64,000 nt of DNA. It comes from an uncultured bacterium. Lineage in GTDB: Bacteria > Patescibacteriota > Minisyncoccia > Phycocordibacterales > GWA1-40-21. The stretch is from assembly GCA_903822075.1 (NCBI GenBank), contig CAIJNK010000004.1, positions 12,661 through 76,660 of the forward strand, in the 5' to 3' direction. The position numbers and the translations under genes were made by a program. The notes under the pieces are model-generated. The model saw nothing but the letters and a program-made list of their open reading frames with translations, searched no databases and was not told the origin of the DNA. Shown here in pieces: positions 57,368 to 64,000 of this stretch (positions are counted from its first letter, which is position 1; each line of letters begins with the position of its first letter).

Positions 57368-58366
57368 CTATTTTTTAATATATTTGCTATTCAAGTGAAA
57401 AGCCAGGTATCCCAATCCCATTATGACTACTCCCATTACAATCAGGGCAAATGGCCAACCGAGAGTATCGGAGAAGTTTTGAGCCGTGACACGAATAATA
57501 TAGGCAATCAAGCAAATTGTACCGACAAAAAGAAAGGAAGAGTTCCTTATGTATACGCTGGAGATTATGGTTCCGGCCAATAATAGCGGGTAAAGAACGG
57601 TCCAAATAACGGAGGCTTCAGGACCAGAAGAATTTGCCGCCATAAAATTTAGAACATACCCAGCGCCGAGAATACCGATGACTCCAAAAGTATTTAGCCA
57701 GCCGGCGAACAGTCGTCCTCTTCGATTAAGATAATAACCCACTAATACGTAGCTGATACCGACCAGTATCGTCTGGTAGAGATGAAAATTTGCGTTAAAA
57801 CTTCCGGGATTGTCATTCAACATGTAATTTGAGAGTCCGAAGAATAACCAGGTTCCAAAAACAGTGTTAAACACCGTAAAAATGTCTTTCTTGACGGCAA
57901 ACTGGGTGATGCCAAATTGTAGCAAACATAACAAAGGTATTATTACATTGTAATAGTCCATCGTCTGATTATTTATTTTATCGTCAAACATAATAAAATA
58001 TCCAAACGGAATAAGAACTCCCGACAGAAGAAAAAAGACGTTGCTAATTTTTTTGAACTGGTCAGACTGGTTCAACAAGATTGCCGATATAAAGAAGATA
58101 ATCCCCATGCCAAAGGTCGTAAATACTTTTACCGCAAAAGTAAAACTGGACCAATTTTGACTTATAAGCACGATCAGACCGATTAAAATTATTACTCCGC
58201 CTATGTAGTAAAATATTTCAGCCAAACTTAACCTACTCGCGACTGATGAACCAGTTGTTTCAGCAATATTTTGCTCGAGGGATAACACCTGCTGTATCTC
58301 ATTTCTAGTAATGTCACCGGTCGATATGGCTTTTTGTAATTCTTCGATTAATTGTTGTTTCTCCAT
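57368..58366 (-). CDS. Multi-TM membrane protein (DUF2157-like)
   Basis: G.IT..E, YYIGG......G......NW and GWP.AL...G segments. Confidence 0.7.
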   Translation of the reverse strand: MEKQQLIEELQKAISTGDITRNEIQQVLSLEQNIAETTGSSVASRLSLAEIFYYIGGVIILIGLIVLISQNWSSFTFAVKVFTTFGMGIIFFISAILLNQSDQFKKISNVFFLLSGVLIPFGYFIMFDDKINNQTMDYYNVIIPLLCLLQFGITQFAVKKDIFTVFNTVFGTWLFFGLSNYMLNDNPGSFNANFHLYQTILVGISYVLVGYYLNRRGRLFAGWLNTFGVIGILGAGYVLNFMAANSSGPEASVIWTVLYPLLLAGTIISSVYIRNSSFLFVGTICLIAYIIRVTAQNFSDTLGWPFALIVMGVVIMGLGYLAFHLNSKYIKK

Positions 58367-58391
58367 ATGATTATTAGCTAATTGATAAAGC

Positions 58392-58949
58392 TTACTTGAG
58401 CACCCAGCCAATAAAAACAAAATTATAGGAATCTGTTACCGTGGTTCCCAGGTCAATCTTTCTTAGTTCATCCTTATCATTTTTAAAATACCATGTATTG
58501 TAATTATGATTATTTCCACCAAATAATTCAAAAATACCATTATTATAATAGTCTCCCCTTTGAATAGAAATATTGTCTGGCGAAACCGGAGAATTATCTA
58601 TTCCTAGTTTTTGGGCATCAGCTAAAGATATTTGAGTTCTCTCATTTGTAGTTACATTATATCGGTAAATTTTTGGTAAGTCTGAATCAATATTGTAGCA
58701 TGATGAATTTTTTGGTAAATCTGTCGGTAAATCTGATTTTGTCACCGCCAGCACTTTCTGATCTTTGACTTTATAAGTATTGACTTCGATACCGCCGCAA
58801 TATGTACTGTAATTTCTAGAATAGTAGAGAAAATCATATTTGGCGACTAAATTGCTTGGCATATAAGCTAAAATAGCGACAACAATAAGTGCCACGACAG
58901 GTATTGCCAATCCGACCCACAGAACAATATTTGATTTCTTGTTTTCCAT
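58392..58949 (-). CDS. Membrane-anchored hypothetical protein
   Basis: N-terminal TM; YDFLY, SPD and F.GW segments. Confidence 0.75.
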   Translation of the reverse strand: MENKKSNIVLWVGLAIPVVALIVVAILAYMPSNLVAKYDFLYYSRNYSTYCGGIEVNTYKVKDQKVLAVTKSDLPTDLPKNSSCYNIDSDLPKIYRYNVTTNERTQISLADAQKLGIDNSPVSPDNISIQRGDYYNNGIFELFGGNNHNYNTWYFKNDKDELRKIDLGTTVTDSYNFVFIGWVLK

Positions 58950-59019
58950 TTTTAAAGGTTAAAACTAATAATTTTATTATTATAGCATAAATCTCTTCAA
59001 ATGGAAGAATGAGAAAAAT

Positions 59020-59050
59020 ATAAAAGACCTCGGACACATGGCCGAGGTCT
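59020..59050 (-). terminator. Terminator after the pyroglutamyl peptidase gene
   Basis: AGACCUCGG/CCGAGGUCU followed by UUUAU. Confidence 0.7.
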
Positions 59051-59074
59051 ACACAAACAACGCAAACAAAAACG

Positions 59075-59722
59075 TCAGATGATGGCATATTCCAGAAGAA
59101 GTTCGAGCCCCCTGATCATCTGGTCAACGGACATGGTAATCTTCTTCTCCCTTTCGAACAAGGCGTTATCAGGAACGCATTCGGGCGTACAGGGCAGGTG
59201 AAGAAATACAAACGGAACGGCAATCTCCTCAGTCTGCGCCGCGCACAGTTGCCAGAGCAGATGGTTACAAACAAAGCCACCGGCATCATAAGAGGGATCA
59301 GCCACGGCCAATTTTTCTTCCTGGCATTTTTGCCTGAAATTCGTGATGCGCCACTTTCCAATTGAAGTGTTGGCCAATGGCGCATCCGAGGTCATACTGG
59401 TGCTGATACGTGTACCCGCAAGAGCATCCGGCACATATTTTCCACCCACCTTGTTCCTGGCGATCACCACAATCTGCAAACCTTTTGCCTCAGAGGACAT
59501 GCCCAGGCTGACAACTCCGGCTGCGCCAACTTTTTGCGCCAGCATGAACAAGGCTTCTCCCCTGTTTGTTACTTGCGGAATAATCGGGTCAAAGATCATC
59601 GAATGGACATCAACACCGGTAATGCTCTGACTATGCAAACGCTCAATCACCAGTTCGGACGAATTTTTGAGCCAATCACCATACTTGTGAAAGCCGGAAA
59701 AAACTATCGTTTTATTATTCAC
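59075..59722 (-). CDS. pcp: Pyroglutamyl-peptidase I family (C15)
   Basis: SGF..Y....N.S, S.DAGGFVCN (catalytic Cys) and FLHLP (catalytic His). Confidence 0.8.
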   Translation of the reverse strand: MNNKTIVFSGFHKYGDWLKNSSELVIERLHSQSITGVDVHSMIFDPIIPQVTNRGEALFMLAQKVGAAGVVSLGMSSEAKGLQIVVIARNKVGGKYVPDALAGTRISTSMTSDAPLANTSIGKWRITNFRQKCQEEKLAVADPSYDAGGFVCNHLLWQLCAAQTEEIAVPFVFLHLPCTPECVPDNALFEREKKITMSVDQMIRGLELLLEYAII

Positions 59723-59805
59723 AGACGTACCCCCCAGTTGTTGTTCAAAGAACTCTACTGAAATAGTAAAGTTATTATTCTAAAATAGCAAGGGTTTTGC
59801 CATAA

Positions 59806-59890
59806 TGCGAAAGGATTCAATTTACACGTTCGCTAGTCTGAGATGACTAGCTCAGTATGATTGAGTTTAAATCCTCCTGCCTTCGGCACA
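59806..59890. other. Structured intergenic element after ychF
   Basis: Nested AGGAT/ATCCT, TCAAT/ATTGA and GCTAGTC/GACTAGC pairings. Confidence 0.4.
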
Positions 59891-60988
59891 TCAGATCTTA
59901 AACTCAATCACATCGCCGTCTTTGACAACATAGTCCTTGCCTTCAGTTCGGATCAGTCCTTTTTCTCGGGCATTGCCGTATGAACCAGCCTCCAGTAATT
60001 TATTCCAAGGAACTATTTCAGCTCGCACAAACTTTTCTTTGAAATCCATATGGATAGCGGTGCCCGCTTCCGGTGCCGTCCAACCATTTTTAATGGTCCA
60101 AGCTCTGGTCTCGTCCTCCCCAGTCGTAAAATATGTCAGCAACCCCAGGAGATCATAACCGGCTTTGATTAAATCATTGATACCATCGTCCTTTACCCCC
60201 AAACCTTCACGCATCTCTATTTTGTCATTTCCTTCCATATCCTTCAATTCATTTTCAATTCCTGCGTCCACAATGACATATTTGGACTCCGTCTCTTTAA
60301 AAAAATTCAGGAGATTCAAATACCGCTCATCATTCAATTCATCCAAATTTTTCCCGCCACTTTTCTTATTCAAAACATACAGGATCGGCTTCATGGTGAG
60401 TAAACAAAGTTTCCTAGCTTCCACCAATTCGAATTCATCAAGATCTGCAATTTGAGCCAGCTTGCCCATCTCCAGAACATCTTTTATTTTTAATAACGCC
60501 GAATTTTCAATAACAGCGACTTTACTACCTTTTTTCATTTCACTGACCAGACTCTGTAAGCGTTTGGATACACTTTGCATATCAGCCAAAATAAGCTCCA
60601 AGTTAATGGTTTCAATATCGGATAGAGGTTCCACCTTATTGGACACATGAATTACGTTACCATCCTCAAAAATACGCACCACTTCGGCAATAGCATCCGT
60701 TTCGCGGATATTGGTTAAAAATTTATTGCCTAAACCCTCTCCAGCCGAGGCCCCCTTCACCAACCCAGCAATATCCACAAACTCCACGGCCGCCGGAATA
60801 GTTTTGGCTGACTTGGAGAATTCAGACAGTTTGGAGAGACGTTCATCCGGCACGGCCACCACCCCGACCGACGGATCAATGGTACAAAAAGGGTAATTCT
60901 CACATGGCACACTTTTTTTAGTCAGTGCGTTAAACAAGGTGCTCTTCCCCACATTTGGCAGACCAACAATTCCAATGGATAATGACAT
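59891..60988 (-). CDS. ychF: Obg-like ATPase YchF
   Basis: GLPNVGKST, NYPFCTI.P, DIAGL and TGS domain. Confidence 0.97.
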   Translation of the reverse strand: MSLSIGIVGLPNVGKSTLFNALTKKSVPCENYPFCTIDPSVGVVAVPDERLSKLSEFSKSAKTIPAAVEFVDIAGLVKGASAGEGLGNKFLTNIRETDAIAEVVRIFEDGNVIHVSNKVEPLSDIETINLELILADMQSVSKRLQSLVSEMKKGSKVAVIENSALLKIKDVLEMGKLAQIADLDEFELVEARKLCLLTMKPILYVLNKKSGGKNLDELNDERYLNLLNFFKETESKYVIVDAGIENELKDMEGNDKIEMREGLGVKDDGINDLIKAGYDLLGLLTYFTTGEDETRAWTIKNGWTAPEAGTAIHMDFKEKFVRAEIVPWNKLLEAGSYGNAREKGLIRTEGKDYVVKDGDVIEFKI

Positions 60989-61053
60989 CCAGTAAAGATA
61001 CCTGAAAAATATGCAAAAGTAAAACTTGTCACGGACTAGCTACAATATTTTTT

Positions 61054-61098
61054 GCAAAAAAAAGCGTAGTGATAGAGAAACCATCTCAATCACTACGC
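61054..61098 (-). terminator. Intrinsic terminator
   Basis: GCGUAGUGAU/AUCACUACGC followed by a long U-run. Confidence 0.75.
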
Positions 61099-61112
61099 CC
61101 ACAACAAGCCCT

Positions 61113-62540
61113 TCATCTCTTTTTACTAATCCTCGCCTTCAAAACCGGTCGGGTATGAGCCAGCGCGGCGTTCGAGTATGCCGCAAAGGTTTCTCTTTGT
61201 GACAAAAGCTCACCTGGCATTCCGGCTCGTACCAGTTTTAGCCGGAAATTATCGACATCAGTCTCCGTCGTGTCCGGGCGTCCAGGAAAACTTCCTGGAC
61301 AACCGACAAGCAACACGAACTCGAATTGATGCCACCGATCAGTAAACAGGCGGACCAATTCCCTTGCATCGGCCCAGCGATCGTTTACGCCAGCAAAAAC
61401 CGGAAGTGAAATTATTACCTTTTCGCCGGTTTTGTCTGAAACTTGACCGCCAAGCGCAATGAGCTCTTCCGGTGATAGACGCTTTATGCCCGGCATATAC
61501 TTCTTCCGTATCTCTTTGAAGGCATAATTGAGACTGATGGAGAGCCTGACTGGTAAACTGAGATACTTCAGAATGAACTCCTGAAGACCCGACTTGGAAC
61601 CAACCGTGCTCAACATGAACGAAATGCGCGGCGTTTCCTTTCTTATCAGACGCCTTACAAGCTCCATGCAATTATGGAGGTTGAAGACCAGACCATCACC
61701 CGATCCAATAAAGAAGATCGTCAGACTATCAGCACTAGCGTTGTTTCGAAAAAGGTTTTTAAACGCTTGGCTCTGACTCATGGCAATGAATACCAGTGCC
61801 TCCATTTCGTCAGTGGTGAGTACACGGCAAGGCATTACTTGACCAAAACGATTCAATTGGCTATGCACTTTGCACGTTACACAACGAATAGGACAACCAA
61901 CGGCCGTCGGCATCTCCAACACAATTGACTGCCGATTTGTTAGATCGGGTTTGATGGCCATACTTACTTGTCGACCGTCACTCGTCAGGACGAAGATCAT
62001 ATTTTCAACCTCGCCAAACGGACCATCGGAGAATTCTGACATCAAAAGCCTGGCGGAACTTATTCCGCGCATGTTTTGCGCAAACCTCCAACCGTTAAGT
62101 TGAACGTCGGGGGTATCCAGACACAACCTTCGGAGTCTTACACCTTCCGCCACTTTTTTCAGCAGTGTTTTTGTTTGAAGCGAATTAAACTCTGTCGGCT
62201 GCCTTGGATTAGCTCGGCGCAGTATCAACGCTTCCGGCATAAAAGTTGAACCTAAAGCTGTAGCGACTTTCTCTTGGTCACTAGCCAGAAGTAGGATATT
62301 TATATCACCGAGAATCGCTCTCAGCTTTAACATAAAATCAACCCCGGATTGATCACCAATCTGAAAATCTAGAATTGCCAGCCTAAATCTCTGTCCCGAC
62401 ACAATCGACCTAGCTATCTCATAATTTGCTTGGCCAAAGGTTTTCGCGACAGTCACTTCATAAGCCTCGTCTGCCAATGCCATTAATACGGCCATAGCGT
62501 CCGGGGCCACCACCAAGATCCGACCCTTGGACATAATCAT
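61113..62540 (-). CDS. Receiver-like domain fused to a divergent RlmN/Cfr-like radical SAM domain
   Basis: RILVV..D and AILD...G..SG receiver pattern; VGCPIRCVTC, L.ISL and GVND...DA.EL; AGGAGG SD. Confidence 0.7.
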   Translation of the reverse strand: MIMSKGRILVVAPDAMAVLMALADEAYEVTVAKTFGQANYEIARSIVSGQRFRLAILDFQIGDQSGVDFMLKLRAILGDINILLLASDQEKVATALGSTFMPEALILRRANPRQPTEFNSLQTKTLLKKVAEGVRLRRLCLDTPDVQLNGWRFAQNMRGISSARLLMSEFSDGPFGEVENMIFVLTSDGRQVSMAIKPDLTNRQSIVLEMPTAVGCPIRCVTCKVHSQLNRFGQVMPCRVLTTDEMEALVFIAMSQSQAFKNLFRNNASADSLTIFFIGSGDGLVFNLHNCMELVRRLIRKETPRISFMLSTVGSKSGLQEFILKYLSLPVRLSISLNYAFKEIRKKYMPGIKRLSPEELIALGGQVSDKTGEKVIISLPVFAGVNDRWADARELVRLFTDRWHQFEFVLLVGCPGSFPGRPDTTETDVDNFRLKLVRAGMPGELLSQRETFAAYSNAALAHTRPVLKARISKKR

Positions 62541-62634
62541 AAACACCTCCTGTTTGAGGTTTGGAATTTTTCAGAGAACAATACCGCCATCCAACCAGTT
62601 GGCTTTGGGCGTCTTATCTGACTAAACAATACAC

Positions 62635-63870
62635 CTAAAAATAACCATTGTCAAATTTTACGGGGAGATGGACGACGAATAGAGTCCCCACCTTGGGCTT
62701 ACTTGATACACCAATATACCCGCCATGCTCTTCGGCTATATGTTTACAAATGGCCAGTCCCAAGCCGGAACCACCCTCTTTACGATTCCGAGATTTATCA
62801 GCTCGATAAAAGCGTTCAAAAATATGTGGCAAATCAAGCTCCGAGATACCAAAACCCCCATCCTCCACGTTCAGACAAAAAGCGTCTTCAGCCTTGGCTA
62901 CCCAGACTTTTATCCAACCATTTTCTTTGTTGTATTTAATGGCATTCCGAACAAGATTGGTGAGTAGTTTTTCCAAATCTTCAATGTTACCCATTATTTT
63001 CGCCGGCTTCCCCGCATACTTATGCTCGATTGTTATATTCTTCTCGGCCGCCACAACTCTTAATTTTTCACAAACATTGGCAATCAAGGAATTTAAGTCA
63101 ATTTTTTCAAAACGTAATCTGGCTGTAATATTTGAATGAGGCTTGGCCAAAAGAGCTAAGTCTGTCAGCATACCAGAAACTCTTTTAATTTCAGTCGATA
63201 TGTTTCTGAACAAATCCAAGTTATCATCTTTTAATTCTTCTGATTTAGCTATAAGCTCGAGACTGCACTGCATAATAGTAAGAGCCGTTCGAAATTCATG
63301 AGAAACATCAGCCATAAATATCGACTTCAATTCAAGGGTTTTGTTCAGTTCTTTGTTCACGTTGTGAAGTTCCTCGGTCCTTTGTTCCACCCTTTCCTCA
63401 AGGATCTTATTCAATTCAACTAGTTTATTCTTGGAAATTACGGCGTCCGTATTATCCAAAGCCATGGATATCGCCCCTTCGATGTGCCCATCCTTGTCTT
63501 TATATGGAACGGCGATAATCTTGAAATATCGGTCTTCGCCGACACCCTGGCTATCTTTTTCGTAAAAATGCTCGCGCCGAACTATCTTTTTCTCTCCGGA
63601 CAACATTTTTTTGTAGTCATCAGCCAAATTGTCTTCGAAAAAAAACTTGTCTTTATAAATATTATGGTTGTGGTAGTCTTTAATTCGAGAATTATTTTCA
63701 AAATACTTATTTACTGAGGTAATATAACCGCCGTCATTTATAGTAATAAGACTGATTGGAATATTATCCAAAACAATCTGATTGAACTTATCAGACAGAC
63801 GACGTCCCCTGCCGGGAATACGGCGATCACCAATTGATTGTTCTATTTTTTTACTGTTGTTTTTTCTCAC
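62635..63870 (-). CDS. PAS-domain histidine kinase
   Basis: PAS/PAC region, SHEFRT H-box, NAIKY, D.G.G, FERFYR and GSGLGL motifs. Confidence 0.9.
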   Translation of the reverse strand: MRKNNSKKIEQSIGDRRIPGRGRRLSDKFNQIVLDNIPISLITINDGGYITSVNKYFENNSRIKDYHNHNIYKDKFFFEDNLADDYKKMLSGEKKIVRREHFYEKDSQGVGEDRYFKIIAVPYKDKDGHIEGAISMALDNTDAVISKNKLVELNKILEERVEQRTEELHNVNKELNKTLELKSIFMADVSHEFRTALTIMQCSLELIAKSEELKDDNLDLFRNISTEIKRVSGMLTDLALLAKPHSNITARLRFEKIDLNSLIANVCEKLRVVAAEKNITIEHKYAGKPAKIMGNIEDLEKLLTNLVRNAIKYNKENGWIKVWVAKAEDAFCLNVEDGGFGISELDLPHIFERFYRADKSRNRKEGGSGLGLAICKHIAEEHGGYIGVSSKPKVGTLFVVHLPVKFDNGYF

Positions 63871-64000
63871 TTTTGGATTCTAACATAATTAGTGGGTTTT
63901 GGAAAGTATAAGATGGACATATTTAATCATAAATTTATCCTCAGCTATTTATAATTGTCCCCATGAATGTAACCAAATTAATTATTGAGGATTTTAGAAA

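Noticed and set aside
59806-59890. Functional tRNA gene
   Set aside because: No complete cloverleaf, canonical TTC T-loop or CCA end.

Overview
A 64-kb chromosomal segment, almost all on the minus strand, that looks like a small-genome Patescibacteria/CPR (Parcubacteria-like) bacterium using genetic code 11. This assignment is inferred from gene content and from the short AlaRS and L13. Housekeeping genes are murG-ftsW-mraY-dac, scpA/scpB, aspS, trpS, hisS with tRNA-His, dnaJ-dnaK-grpE, the infA-to-rpsI ribosomal block, alaS, mnmA, mltG, leuS and ychF. Small accessory inserts lie between them. I found no CRISPR array, rRNA, transposase, integrase or reverse transcriptase. The strongest unexplained signals are regulatory. 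(1) An apparently minimal transcriptional T-box riboswitch precedes aspS, with a K-turn, an ultrashort Stem I carrying GAU (Asp), a UGGC bulge, a terminator and no Stem II. (2) A leaderless Phe-rich leader peptide with full attenuator geometry controls an unknown 103-aa gene. (3) A 99-aa ORF ending in an arrest-like RAP motif lies upstream of dnaK-dnaJ. (4) An AT-rich unit of an unknown enzyme plus a 7TM sensor domain is joined to a GC-richer kinase core, a candidate signal synthase/receptor pair. Other notable features are three pilin-like paralogues with variable tips, a histidine-centred cluster with an A73 tRNA-His, a LeuRS with two Nudix inserts, a 90-bp palindrome in frame in mnmA, a receiver/radical-SAM fusion, and a split between leaderless core genes and SD-led accessory genes. 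All calls come from manual reading; no database searches were run.
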